Positions 24,013-38,068 are shown, counted from the stretch's first letter. The stretch is DNA of 64,000 nucleotides from Eledone cirrhosa (GCA_964016885.1 OZ024752.1:11408001-11472000); one strand, 5' to 3'. Notes: generated from the sequence alone by a model not told the origin. Numbers and translations: made by a program.

Positions 24013-25089
24013 ATATATATATATATATATAATGTGTGTGTGTGTGTGTGTGTCTAATAATACTAGTCTATTTTCTTCTGAAACTCTTTTCCCGTCTTAC
24101 ATCAGCATTGTTTATATTCTATTTAATTCATTGTTTCCTATGTACTACTCAGTTTACGCTTGGTTTAAGTCACTTAACTGTGTTTCTTTATCCAGCTGTA
24201 TATAAATCGATTCCTGTCGATCACCATCTGTTCCGAGATATCCATTAGTTCCTCAACTTTACATTGCAATTCGGAGCTACTATCATTTCATTGAGTCTAT
24301 AACTTGACTGACTACCTGAAAACACAGCAGTTTAGTTCAGAATAATGTATATTAGATTATACTTTTTTATTCTTCATCCTTTTGTTTCATTCTGTGTATT
24401 TTTATTCTTAATTCTTCGAATTATTTTACCATTCTACGATACTGATTCCGGTCTGACTCGTATTTCCTGTAGGACTTCAGGGTATAAGCTGCTTTCCGCC
24501 ACGCATATGATATTATATTTGAAAAAGTTTTGAATAAAACATTGGATTTGCGGACAAGAACATAATATTGATTCTGTCATTCGTTCCCAGAAAAATCTCA
24601 TTCAAATTTTTGTTATTCCTATCATATGCCAGACACTAGATATATTTTGTCTGTTATTCTAGAAGCAAATAATATTACAATGCTATTTTCATCTTTCTTC
24701 TTATCTTAAGCTTTTTTTTTATATTTTAACAAAAATGTTCAATGTTGTTGTTATTATTGTTGTTTTGTATCAGTTTCAATAAATCTAGTTGGAATTTCTG
24801 TTAGTTGTTGCCTAGCCACAGATCAACCATGATTCATCAGAACTTTGAATAACGGCATTCCAGCCATAAACTTGCCACCATTTTCTTTTCGGGAGTTCTG
24901 TACCTAGAAACATTATCGAAAATCCCTCCCCTTTTCGAAATGTAGACTATGATTTGAGGGAAATTTGACTGATATATCTAGCAGGGTGTGTGACCATATA
25001 ATGTTGGTTCTATTTCTTTTATTGAGTACAAGTTTCTAGGTTTTTCCAACATTTCCATTACTTGAATTCGTAATGATTTTTATATATTT

Positions 25090-25152
<63 letters not shown>

Positions 25153-26529
25153 CTCTCTTCTCAGCAGAACTTGAACTATTGTGTTCCCAAGACAATTTAT
25201 GTATGGATACATGGTCCTGTAACGCCTGATAGACTCATAGGGGTACCATATTGACATACGGCGTTTCTTGGGTATTTTAATCCTGGCAGAGCCCCCCTCC
25301 ATCTCCAGATCTGAATACAGCAAATTTCTTCCAGAGAAAGATAGTGAGAAAGAAATATGGAGGAAGATTCGACTCCAGTAATAGACTGGTATTTTTTTTT
25401 TTTTTTTGTAATCCGTCTCGAAAGGATGAAAGGCAAAGTTGGCTCAGTGGGATTTGAACTCAAAGAGCAGAGAGCCGGAACGAATACCGTAAAGCATTCT
25501 ACCGACGGTCTAACAATCCGCCACCTTCCCAAGACTATAACCTTCTCAAATTTCTAGCCGGCGATATTTTCCTTACATATCCATTGGGTCGGGTTGAATA
25601 TAAATCGTATCAATTTCACCAATCTAATAGAGGTTGCAATGATCACGCATCTTTCTTTTGTTTCTCTAACTATCGTGTAGTATCGTGTGTTCCTTCTGAC
25701 ATTCTTTTGACATATGTTTCATTCGGTCATTTTTTCATCGTCATTGGCGCTAATGCTGGGCATTGTTACGAAGGAGATTGTAAAGTCGTTCATCAGCTGC
25801 AAATGGTATCACTCGGATTTGAAACTCTGCTCCTCAGATCTACAAAAAGAAAGCGAGAAAAAACGAATAATTGTTCACGTGACTGGTTTGAAACATGATG
25901 CACGGGTGTTGTGTGCGTTTTACTTGCGGTAGACCATTTAAACCGGTGGAATTACCCTTGTAGGGAGTTGGTATAGGGTTGGCAGCGAGAGCAGTCGGTC
26001 TGGGGTATGGTAAAGACAGTTGGTCTGGAGTCGGCGGCGCGGTAAACACAGTCGGTGTAAAGTTGGTGATGTGAATAGTCGGCGTGAACTCGGGAACCCG
26101 GACGGCGAAGAACATTACAGAAGACATCCAGCCTGGTGGGACAATTTCTTCCGTTCTAAGTAAGTTGGCTTGCTAGGCAGGCTTGCGGTTTCCCAGCTGC
26201 TGACTTTGGGCTGTTGGAGCCGTGTTGTAGTTGGAGACCGCATTTAACAACAGTATTTTAATGTCATTGATATCTTTGCAGCTGGTGTTTAGCAGCAGGT
26301 CTGTCTTGTTTAAAATAACATATGATCGAAGCCGTTACAGAGATGACCATCCCATATTTTTGTATATCTAGGATAACATTGTCCAACTTATCCTTTCTTT
26401 TACTTTCGGACATAATAGTTCGACCTCAGGGAAATGTCTCTTCCATCTCTAGCTCCTACTTAGGAAGGGCAATTTTTTTCAGACTTCCATTCATGTCCGT
26501 TTAACTTCGTACCAAGTCATTGGTTACGA

Positions 26530-26940
26530 AGATTCTTCTTCGTCTTTTCCTTCCACTAATTCCTAAGAGGGTCGTGGGGACAGAGTCCTCAAACACTCCT
26601 TCCAGTGGGTCCTGTCAGAAGCAGCTGTTTCCAACTGATCCGGCCAAGCTCATGGGTGTTATCCAACCATCTTGCTCGGGGTCATCCTCTAAGTCTCTTG
26701 CCGGCTGGTTTTGCCCGTAAAATCTCTCCAGAGATTCTTCCCTGTGACATTCTAACCACATGCCCATAGCATCGGAGCTGTGATCTTTCAATTCAGAGAA
26801 GTGGCGGCTCTACCTGGAGCAACTCGCCTGAGACATTTTAACCAAATGCCCAAAGTTTCGGAGTGTTGAACTCTCAATTCGGAGAAGTAGTGTCTCTATA
26901 TGGAGTGACTCTCAGATCTCCGAGTTACGTACTTTATCGA
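26530..26940 (-). mobile_element. RTE/Expander-like LINE 3' end
   Basis: Homologous to 35098-35395; GHVVRMSQ motif and (GAA)-rich tail. Confidence 0.75.
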
Positions 26941-28244
26941 GTAACATTACTCCAAAGGCGCTTCGGAGGAATCCCATTTCGGCTGCTTGTATTTGCGAAG
27001 ATGTGGGGTATATTTTCACACATATATTTCCTACATTTTACACAGACAATTTAAAGTACCCGGTTCACCTTGTGGCCAGATCTATCCTGTTTCTTTTTAT
27101 CTGTTATTTCATTATTTTTTTAAAATTCGTTTTCCGAGTATTCCTGTTCACACACTGCACTAACAATGATATAGTAAGCCAAGAAATTTTAATTAATTAA
27201 AAATTACGTCGTTATTGATGAGTACTGATGATTATATAATGGCTAATTGCTCGGTCAAGAAACGCCGAAATTTTAATTAACTAAAATTAATTAAATATGG
27301 AATGCAGTAGAACAGGCGTCTGATCTTTAACACTTCAGCGACAGCTTCAAACTTTCAATACTATTTAAATATAGATTAATGTATTATATATATCTCCATC
27401 AATATACAGATACATTAGTATTATCAGAAGCTGTGTTACGCTATGTATGATGAGATACTTCGTCGGTTACGGCGACGAGTGTTCCTGTTGATCCAATCAA
27501 CGGAACAGCCTGCTTGTGGAATTAACGTGCAAGTGTCTGAGCATTCTACAGACAAGCGTACACTTAACGTAGTGCTCAGGGAGATTCAGCGTGACAGCGT
27601 GATTCAGATTATGACAAGAGTGGCCATTCGCACTAGAGATAGAACTCATTTTTGCCAGTAGTGGACTGGAGCAACATGAGATAAAATCTCTTGTTCAAGG
27701 ATACAACGCACTGCCGGGAATCGAACTCACAGCCTTATGGTTGCTAACCGAATACCCTAACCACAAAGCCATGTGCCTTCACGTTACACCACATATTTTA
27801 ATATCGGTAGAGCGTCAGACGCCACGCTTCGCAGCATAGTTATGGCCCTTTGCTTTCTGAGTTCAAATCCGCCGATGTTAACTTTGCCTTTCACCCTTAC
27901 GAGGTCGATAAAATAAAGTACCAGTGATGCACTGGGGTAATCACTGGCCTTATGCCAAAAGTAGAAACTATATCTCAGTATTAAGTCTACTGTTATTATT
28001 CCTTATTTACTTTCGGCTCTTTATTCTTCCCCATTCAAATCCTATCTAGGTTGACTTTCACATATACCTCTTCATTACGATTAATTATTTATGCACTGAG
28101 AGTTTTCAATTACTGAGGGCTAATTAACTGAGGGCTCTCTTAACGTATCCTTAATTAATGGGAGGTTTTACCAATGTTCAAGATAATCCTTATTACTACT
28201 GTTAGTTTTATTGATGTTGTTGTTGACGTTACATTAATTCATTA

Positions 28245-29158
28245 TCTATATATATATAAAACAGGATGTCTGTCTGTGTGAGTTTGAATACCTAAAACTC
28301 GAGAACCACTCAACCGACTGTTTTCAAACTTTACACATATAATACTTATGTTTCAGGGAGTGTTCTAAGCAAAATAAATTTCAAATTTTCAATGCCCTAG
28401 GGACCGCATTAGGCGATTTAGCGATCTCTCTCTATAATTCTTAGTCTTTCTCTTTTTAGATAGATACATACATGTAACGTCGCGCCCTTATAATATCTGT
28501 TTGTATGTCTGGCTGTCTGAATTACGTCACTTCCCTGAGGATGTCTGTGTGTCTGTGTCTAGGAGTTTGAATCCTTAAAACTCGAGAAGTACCCAACCGA
28601 TTTTTTCAAACTTTACATGTGTATTACTTATGTTTCAGGAAGTGTTATGCACGTAAACAATTCAACTTTTTCATCTCGTAGGGCCCTCATTAGTTGAAAA
28701 ACTCCGTTTTTTCAGGTTTTTAGGGGTTTTTTGAGGCGTTGCGTCAGACTGATTTCCTTGAAATTGTAACTATGTATTATTCAGTCTCTTTTTCATACCG
28801 TGCGCAAAGAAAATCCAACTTTTTTATGGTCTAGGGTCCGCATTAGGTGGAAAACTTCGTTTTTCAGCTTTTTAGGGCTTTTTTGAGGTGTTAAATCTAG
28901 CCGATTTTCCCGAAATTTCAAGGCATATTATGCACATGAAAAAAATCAAATTTCTTGATCCCCCAGGGCCCGCATTAGGAGAAAACCTGCTTTTTTCCTG
29001 CTTCATCGAGAAAAAATCTTAAAGATTATCCAGCCATCAGAGTATTCGGTTTATTCTCTTTACATATTGTCCACGCATGTAGTTTTTCCACAATTAGGTC
29101 TGTGGCAGCCCGCGTTCCAAAATACCTTATCCCGTGCAACGCCGGGTACCACTGCTAG
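28245..29158 (+). mobile_element. Non-autonomous Helitron
   Basis: 5' TC, 3' CTAG, inserted between A and T; subterminal hairpin CCCGTGCAACGCCGGG (29131-29146); internal imperfect repeats. Confidence 0.8.
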
Positions 29159-29170
29159 TTATAAATAAAA

Positions 29171-29560
29171 AGGGTGGTGGATTGGCAGTCTCGGTAGAGG
29201 GTCTGACGTCATGCTTTGCAGCATAGGGTTACAGCCCTTTATGTTCTGAGTTCAAATCCCGCTGAAGTTAACTTTGCCTTTCATCCTTACGGGGTCGATA
29301 AAATAAAGTACCAGCAATGTACTGGGTAATTGCAGGCTGTGTGCCAAAAGTAGAAACAATTATTATAAATAACAATAGGGTGGTAGATTAGCAGTATCGG
29401 TAAACCGTCGGACACCCTGCTTCAAAACATAGAGTTACGGCCCTTTAATATCTGAGTTTAAATCCCGCCGAGGTTAACTTTGCTTTCATCCTTACGGGGT
29501 CGATAAAATAAAGTACCAGTATTGCATTGGGGTCGATTTAATCAACTTCCCCTCCCCAAG
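29171..29560 (+). mobile_element. Two tandem SINE A copies
   Basis: Family A consensus at ~29171-29362 and ~29377-29560. Confidence 0.85.
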
Positions 29561-29805
29561 TTTGCAAGATTTCTTCACTCTAGGATTCTCTCTGGGGTCT
29601 AGGGATAGATAAGATTTGTGCCTCAATCCCACACATCTCAGTAAACGTCACAGGCCCTTCGCCAACGTTGGATGGAGACTACAATAAATTATACGAACAA
29701 GCCCCTCTCCCTAAAGTCAGAACTTCTCCCTTGTTATCCCGCGCGAAGGACGATGCTTTCTGGATATCTTCACTATTACAAGAAGGAGAAGAAGAATACA
29801 TACAG

Positions 29806-30456
29806 TCGGAGTGTGTATATGTCAGAGTGTATATATAAACAAAGTGTATATGTCAGAGTGTATGTGTCAGAGTGTATATATAAACAAAGTGTATATGTCA
29901 GAGTGTATGTGTCAGAGTGTATATATAAACAGAGTGTATGTGTCAGAGTGTATGTGTCAGAGTGTATATATAAACAAAGTGTATGTGTCAGAGTGTATGT
30001 GTCAGAGTGTATATATAAACAAAGTGTATATGTCAGAGTGTATGTGTCAGAGTGTATATATAAACAAAGTGTATATGTCAGAGTGTATGTGTCAGAGTGT
30101 ATATATAAACAAAGTGTATATGTCAGAGTGTATGTGTCAGAGTGTATATATAAACAAAGTGTATATGTCAGAGTGTATGTGTCAGAGTGTATATATAAAC
30201 AAAGTGTATATGTCAGAGTGTATGTGTCAGAGTGTATATATAAACAAAGTGTATATGTCAGAGTGTATGTGTCAGAGTGTATATATAAACAAAGTGTATA
30301 TGTCAGAGTGTATGTGTCAGAGTATATATATAAACAAAGTGTATATGTCAGAGTGTATGTGTCAGAGTATATATATAAACAAAGTGTATATGTCAAAGTG
30401 TATATGTCAGAGTGTATGTGTCAGAGTGTATATATAAACAGAGTGTATATATAAAC
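29806..30456. repeat. 45-bp minisatellite, ~14 copies
   Basis: Unit GTCAGAGTGTATATATAAACAAAGTGTATATGTCAGAGTGTATGT. Confidence 0.95.
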
Positions 30457-30671
30457 AAAGAAAGGAAAAAAAGAAAAACAGATCCTTAAATATATTTTCC
30501 GTGCTATTTCACCTTCTCCCTCTCTCTCTCTCTCTCCCCCTTCTCTCCCCCTCCCCCTCTCTCCCCTCTCTCTCCCTCTCTCTCCCCTCTCTCTCTCTCT
30601 CTCTCCCTATCTCCCCCTATCTCCCCTCTCTCTCTCTCCCCTCTCTCTCTCCCCTCTCCCGCCCTCTCTCT

Positions 30672-31047
30672 TTTTTGGAATGTTTTACATATTTTTACTG
30701 ATCCATTAATGGATTGTACATGTAATTTCCTAACTAGTTGTGTTCTTTCTGTTCCTGTAAAGCCTAGCTTCTCAATATTTGTATTGAGGCAGTTACTAAC
30801 ATATCCCAGTGCCCCAATAATCACAGGCATAAATCTGAAGGTGTAATCAGGGTGGAGTATCTGCAGATTTCTCATCAGTTCTGCATAAATATTCTCCTTT
30901 TCACTTATCTTTGATATTATATTGGCATCTGCTGGGCAGCTAATTTCCACTACTGTGCATGTTTTCTTCTCCCTGTCCCATATCATATCTAGTCTGTTAT
31001 GCCTGCATTTTATTGGGGTTTTTACTGGAACATTCCACCAGTACTCT
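30672..31047 (-). mobile_element. R4/Dong-clade non-LTR retrotransposon 3' end (RLE endonuclease)
   Basis: EYWWNVPVKT..HNRLD..WDREKKTCTVVEISCPAD....EKENIYAEL..PVIIGALG; bounded by microsatellites. Second fragment at ~58340-58545(-). Confidence 0.85.
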
Positions 31048-31414
31048 GTATGTATGTATGTATGTATGTATGTATGTATGTATGTATGTATGTATGTATA
31101 AATAGTATGTATTTCAGTGCTTAACTTACTACTATTATATATGACAGATTAGTGGATTGGCAGTATCGGTAGAGGGTCGGACGCCATGCTTTGCAGCAAA
31201 GAGTTACGGTCCTTTATGGTCTGAGTTCAAATCCCGCCGAGGTTAACTTTGCCTTTCATCCTTACGGGGTCGATAAAATAAAGTACCAGTAATACACTGG
31301 CTATTTGCTGGCCTTGTGCCAAAAGTAGAAACAATTATATATATGACAGAAGGAACTGTATAAAACACAAGTTCTGTGTGGGTTACATTCCACGAAATAC
31401 ACACACACATACAT

Positions 31415-31472
<58 letters not shown>

Positions 31473-31499
31473 GTTTACATACATATATATATATATATA

Positions 31500-31683
31500 T
31501 ATAAAGGTTTACATGTTTTGCAACGGGTCACTTTGATTATTTAATTTATTAACTTTTCATTGAGCCACAGAGCTATATATCATAAAACATGTCTATAGAA
31601 TCACCAGATAAAATATATACCATTGGGAGAGGAAATGGTATATATTTTATCTGGTGATTCTATAGACATGTTTTATGATATAT
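31500..31683. mobile_element. Fold-back insert in (TA)n
   Basis: Arms ~31575-31624 / 31635-31683 are inverted copies. Confidence 0.65.
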
Positions 31684-31789
31684 ATATATATATATATATA
31701 TATATCTGTGTGTGTGTGTATATATATATATATAGTCCAGAAATAGCCGTCGAAACGGCTCGAGCTCTGCCGTCGGGGTCATACTTTCT

Positions 31790-31823
<34 letters not shown>

Positions 31824-31859
31824 GGTTAATAAAGAAATCAACATGTTTATTATATGTGC

Positions 31860-32024
<165 letters not shown>

Positions 32025-32785
32025 TATATGTATATATAGTTAGAGAGAGTGTGTGTGTCTGAGACAGCCTGACATGTCATGTATTCACATCCCAATAAAT
32101 ATTCGTTGAGAGACGAATATTTCTGAGAAGAAGAATTTCATAGATTTACAAACGTCTATAAATGTGATAAAACAAATAGGCAGATAAATAATAATACTGA
32201 CAGCCGACACAATAAATCGATAATATTCGAGCAGCCATTCCATTTTGGCGGCATAGCTTGTTAGAGACTGACTCATTGTGAGTCAGAGAGAGAGATATGA
32301 TAATGATATTCGGAATGATAGCGATATTACGTTAATTTGTCATTATAAAAAGCTAACATAGAATCGAACTGAAGTAGCTAGGTCACGCCGGAGTTCGGCA
32401 ATACATATTGGGAATAGTTGCCAGAATAATAGTGGAAAAACTATCAAGTATATTGTAAACGTCCGAATTATTTAAATAGCTATTTTTCTCTGACAATGTG
32501 TTATCTTCAAATGGAAGTAGATATTCTCTACTATTGAAAGTATCCATAATGCGAGAAGAATATAAAACTAGTTACAAGCGAGATTTCACCGAGTTTGTGT
32601 GTTGGGATTAAAGTGACATACATATTCATGAGAGCAATATTTTCTCATTTTATAGAGAATTCTTTTGCCTTAATATATGGATGTTTCGCTACACACCATA
32701 AGCATGAATCAGCAGCGTTAATACATACATATTTCTAAAATGATCGGAGGATAAGGTTAGAGGGTGGCATTATTTCTATATATTA

Positions 32786-33227
32786 GGGTGATGGATTGGC
32801 AGCATCGGTAGAGGGTTGGACACCATGCTTTGCAGCTTAGTTACGACCCTTTACGATTTGAGTTCAAATCCCGCCGAGCTTAACTTTGCTTTTCATCCTT
32901 ACGGGATCGATAAAATAAAGTACCAGTAATACACTGGAGTCGATTTAATCAACTTTCCCCTCCCCCAAAATTGCTGGATTTGTGCCTATATAAGAAACCA
33001 TTTTATTTATATATATTAGGGGCGGTGGATTGGCAGTATCGGTAGGGAGTTGGACACCATGCTCTGCAGCATCGAGTTACGGCCCTTTGCTGTGTGAGTT
33101 CAAATCCTGCCGAGGTTAACTTTGCCTTTCCTCCTTACAGGCTCGATAAAATAAAGTACCAGTAATACACTGGATAAAATAAAGTACCAGTAATACGCTG
33201 GCCTTGTGCCAAAAGTAGAAACAATTA
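32786..33227 (+). mobile_element. Two tandem SINE A copies (long-tail and short-tail variants)
   Basis: Family A consensus. Confidence 0.85.
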
Positions 33228-33829
33228 TTTATATATATATTTTTTCTTCATAAGAAAATGCCGTAAATGCAGCGAATTAGTAGTTTCAGTAGTGTATTCG
33301 ATAAAATGCCTTATACAGGGGAGCCACTGAAAACCTTGATCATTTTCAATCTTTTTTCTTTTCTTTATTTTCCCTTTTTTTGCAGCCTATAGAGCATCCC
33401 TAGTTTCTTTTCACACATAATATTTCAACAAATTTAAAAAAACACGTGCATGTAAAAGTTATTTTTATATTATTCAGTCTTTTAGTGGCTACACTATATT
33501 ATTTCTTCTCCATCTTCATGCTCCATGTACATACTCTACTAAGACCAGCTTTACCTTCCAGCATTTCGTGCACGATATATAGAACAGATATTTGGGGAAT
33601 TGTTAGAGGGTCAGAGGAGATGGCTTGAAGTATCTCTTTAATAATTTACAAACATTTTCACTGTAATGGAGTCCCACTAAGCGTTGACAATATTATGCTA
33701 AATCGCTGACATTGAGACCCATGTATAAATGATATTGCCTGCATAATTCCAATTACATCACAAAACTACTTTGGAGCCATACAACTGGATGATGGATGAT
33801 GTAGTAGGACAAAAGAAAGATTTCTTCTT

Positions 33830-34050
33830 CACACTCACTCATGAGTCGAGTTTCCTCGATCCAATGAACAGTATCTTTCCATTTGTTTTGATCTATTCTA
33901 AGATCCGTTATATTTCCTCCCATGTCAGCATATACCATATTTAAATACGTTGTTGCAGGACGACCTCTACTTCTACGACCGTGTACAGGCTTCCATAAAG
34001 AAACATGGTTGACACACTCGTTTTTTTTGCCCTGTAACAATGTCACGCAA
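33830..34050 (-). mobile_element. RTE-type LINE 3' remnant
   Basis: LWKPVHGRRSRGRPATTYLN..D motif. Confidence 0.6.
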
Positions 34051-34230
34051 AACGCATCCTTCTTAGACGAACAATATCCGACATGGGAAGACTATCCAGA
34101 TAGTTTTACATTTGTCACTCTGTTGCCCAGATATGTCGAAAGTTTGTCTCAGGTGTCCCATAAATATTTTCTAACTTAAGCTCAATGCGACATATTTCTG
34201 ATTATTGTTACTAGATAAAGTGCATAGCTC

Positions 34231-35170
34231 GAGCCACTACTTCTCCGAATTGAGAGATCACAGCTCTGATACTATGGACATGTGGTTAGAATGTCTCAGG
34301 AAAAAAATAGCTGGACAGATTTGTAACTCAGAGATCAGAGAGTAGCTCCAGATAGAGCCACTACTTCTCTGAATTGAGAGATCACAGCTCTGATACTATG
34401 GACATGTGGTTAGAATGTCTCAGGAAAAAAATAGCTGGACAAATTTGTAACTCAGAGATCAGAGAGTAGCTCCAGATAGAGCCACTACTTCTCTGAATTG
34501 AGAGATCACAGCTCTGATACTATGGACATGTGGTTAGAATGTCTCAGGAAAAAAATAGCTGGACAAATTTGTAACTCAGAGATCAGAGAGTAGCTCCAGA
34601 TAGAGCCACTGCTTCTCTGAATTGAGAGATCACAGCTCTGATACTATGGACATGTGGTTAGAATGTCTCAGGAAAAAAATAGCTGGACAAATTTGTAACT
34701 CAGAGATCAGAGAGTAGCTCCAGATAGAGCCACTACTTCTCTGAATTGAGAGATCACAGCTCTGATACTATGGACATGTGGTTAGAATGTCTCAGAAAAA
34801 AATAGCTGGACAAATTTGTAACTCAGAGATCAGAGAGTAGCTCCAGATAGAGCCACTACTTCTCTGAATTGAGAGATCACAGCTCTGATACTATGGACAT
34901 GTGGTTAGAATGTCTCAGGAAAAAAATAGCTGGACAAATTTGTAACTCAGAGATCAGAGAGTAGCTCCAGATAGAGCCACTACTTCTCTGAATTGAGAGA
35001 TCACAGCTCTGATACTATGGACATGTGGTTAGAATGTCTCAGGAAAAAAATAGCTGGACAAATTTGTAACTCAGAGATCAGAGAGTAGCTCCAGATAGAG
35101 CCACTACTTCTCTGAATTGAGTGATCACAGCTCTGATACTATGGACATGTGGTTAGAATGTCTCAGGAAA
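34231..35170 (+). repeat. 124-bp tandem array (~7.5 units) derived from RTE LINE coding sequence
   Basis: Units start at 34231, 34355, 34479, 34603, 34727, 34850, 34974 and 35098. Confidence 0.95.
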
Positions 35171-35395
35171 GAATCGCTGAACAGATTTTACGGGCAAAAT
35201 CAGCAGGTAGGATACCCAGTGGTAGACCCAGAGCAAGATGGCTGGATACCATCCATGAGCTTGGCTGGGCATGCTTGGGTATCCAGCCGGATCAGTTGGA
35301 GACGGTCGCTTCTAACAAGGCCCGCTGGGGGGAGTGTTTGATGACCCTGTCACCACGACCCTCTCAGGAATAAGTGGGTAAAGAAAAGAAGATAA
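35098..35395 (+). mobile_element. RTE/Expander-like LINE 3' end
   Basis: YYGHVVRMSQERIAEQIL..GRIPSGRPRARWLDTI..LGI..LSPRP*. Confidence 0.85.
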
Positions 35396-36148
35396 GGGTT
35401 ATTGATCCCCAGTATTTGATTAGTATTTATAAATGACCCCAACAGCTATTTTTTTTCTTTTTTCAACTCTGAAACGATAGAATGATGGGAGAGAAAGATG
35501 ACTACAGCTTGATTGAAAATAGAAAGAAAAGAAACTTAATGCAACCGAATACCACAACATATTCGTTCGACGCTCTACGGATTCTGTCAATTCTGATTAT
35601 GTTGTAACAGAGACAATATGAAGAAATGTTACTGCTACTTGTTTGTTCGTTTATAAGATGTACTGTATCAAACAACATGATATTGATTTTGCATTAAACA
35701 ATATTTCTAGAGAATTGTGAGTATTATAAAGCTGGTGCTTAACATAGAACTTCGTTGACGATGGAAGATCAATAGTACTTTTAATAAGTTATCAATCTCC
35801 CTCTCTCAGACCATATTTACTGATAACCAGGTGATTATTTTCTACGGTTAGATTAACTGAATTCACATGCAAATAATGTTCATATTGAAAGACTTCAAGG
35901 AAAGCGGAACATCGGAGTTGATTGCTTTACAAATTCATTTGATGTTACATAGTCCTCTAACATATGTTATATTTATATATATAATGTGTGTGTGTGTGTG
36001 TTTAGATGTATGGACGCAAGTGTACATGAGTGTATGTGTGTGCATCTATATATATATATATATATTTAGGCCTTTTTATCGTTTACTTTCAGCATGTAAT
36101 ATATATATATGCACAAGTAATATACACATATGCATCCATACACGCATT

Positions 36149-36208
<60 letters not shown>

Positions 36209-36343
36209 TGCGTGTATGGATGTATATGTGCATATATTACTTGTATATATATATATTACATGCTGAAAGTGAACAATAAAAAGGCCTAAATATTGAGCAG
36301 ATGTAACATGTCTAACTCCTCACTAATATTTAAGACATGTACA

Positions 36344-36530
36344 AGGCGGTGGATTGGCAGTATCGGTAGAGGGGCGGACGCCATGCTTTCCAGCATAGTT
36401 ACGTCCCTTTACGATCTGAGTTCAAATCCCGCCGAGGTTGACTTTGCCTTTCATCCTTACGGGGTCGATAAAATAAAGTACCAGTAATGAACTGGGTTAT
36501 TGCTGGCCTTGTGCCTAAAGTAGAAACAAA
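36344..36530 (+). mobile_element. SINE family A with clear TSD
   Basis: ATATTTAAGACATGTACA on both flanks. Confidence 0.92.
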
Positions 36531-37049
36531 TATTTAAGACATGTACATAATTTCGACGTATCGATAGCTTCTATATAATATCATAACAACAACGTGACCC
36601 ATTACATATTGTAATGCAATAATAAGCACAAAAGGAATCTCTTTTATAGTGACATCTTCCTGCCTGCACATCAACTATCCCATTACTGTAGGGATTTTGT
36701 TGAAACAGCAACATAACTATGTCTGGAATGAATACATCTAGCTACATATAACTACCTATTTATTTTGAATTATGATGTCTGTAATACAATGTGGATTAAT
36801 CTAAAAATTCGCCACGGAAGTACGTAATGCTGAAGCTAGGTTTGAATAATACTAGTGCGTGATCTATATATCTATCTTCCTATTTATCGTAATATAGCAA
36901 CCAATCTTGCTATATGGAAGTGGAACATTGACGCTTTCATCCAAACAAAAAAAGCACCTTCATGGCACCTACACTCATATACTTCAACACATTCAGAACA
37001 TAAGCTGGTGACATCTGACTTTGAGAGAGATATATGCCGGCCTCCCACA

Positions 37050-37385
37050 CATATCTGTCGTATGTAAAAGGAGAGTAAGATTTGCTGGCCACTGCCATCG
37101 TGCCAGCTATGAGGCTGTGTCTCCATTAGTGCTTTGGAAACCACAAGCAGTCACTAACAACAGGAGGCGCAAGCTCTCCTATCCCAATTTGCTGGCCACT
37201 GCCATCGTGCCACCTATGAGGCTGTGTCCCCATTAGTCACTAATAACAGGGGGCGCAAGCTCTCCTACCCCGATGTCATCTATTGAGATTCTGGTATTGA
37301 AATCCAGGACTTGGCAACGGCCATGAACGACAGACCCACCTGGAGATCAATTGTTGAGTTGATTTCGGCTGAGGCCACCGGATGA
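37050..37385 (+). mobile_element. RTE-type LINE 3' end with internal duplication
   Basis: RRVRFAGHCHRA..LVLWKP..LSYPDVI..D.G..DLATAMNDRPTWRSIV. Confidence 0.75.
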
Positions 37386-38068
37386 TGTTTCATCGTAATA
37401 TCATTTAACCTATAACTATACTCCAGCAATGCTGGTATAGTCATTGCCTCTGTCTCCATCTCTCTCACTCTCTCCATCTCTCACTATTATGAGCAAATGG
37501 AGGCCCATGCAATGGCCACACCGGATCCCCGGTGGACAAAAATAGAGAAGCCGTTTCCTCATAGAATGGTGAAGGAGAAACGTTGGAAGACTCTTTCCAG
37601 CTCGCGAGGCTTACACTTACGGGTAGCTAACTCCATGCCGATGGTGGTGAGTAGGGAGGTGGCCCTAGGGTCAAGGATACCAGAAGTCTTCATGTAAGAA
37701 TGAATGGATAAGATCTCTGATTCATAATCAAGATACCCCAGAGTGTATTTCACTGCGTTTCATCTTGAGGAATCACCTTTACCATAGTCTAGGATGTACC
37801 TAAATCTCACGGGTGAATAGGGTAGATTGGATACTGTGGTAGCAAAATTAGTTCCACTTAGTTTTTCAAAGAGCTATTATATGTATTTCTCTAATCAATT
37901 ACTAAATTACCTCCCTGCATTTACATCCATATTATAAAATACTCAGTAAATCTATTTCTTATCTTTCTATATATTTGCGAGTTTCATATCGTATAATAAT
38001 ATTCGATTCGTTTGCAAACAAACAGCCACAATAGGCTATGTCATTTAGATGACCATCGAGATCCATCT

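Noticed and set aside
25255-25312. Minus-strand CTGGAGA...GAAACGCCGTA hammerhead-like motif
   Set aside because: Core mismatch and no stem I; may be a decayed HHR but is not supportable alone.
29672-30454. 260-aa repetitive ORF
   Set aside because: It is open only because the 45-bp minisatellite unit lacks stops; open frames occur on both strands.
32269-32285. Paired AP-1-like sites TGACTCA-ttg-TGAGTCA
   Set aside because: Short motifs with no gene context; chance occurrence cannot be excluded.
34231-35170. CRISPR-like regular array (also 40454-41384)
   Set aside because: Units are contiguous tandem copies with no unique spacers, the context is eukaryotic, and there are no cas genes.
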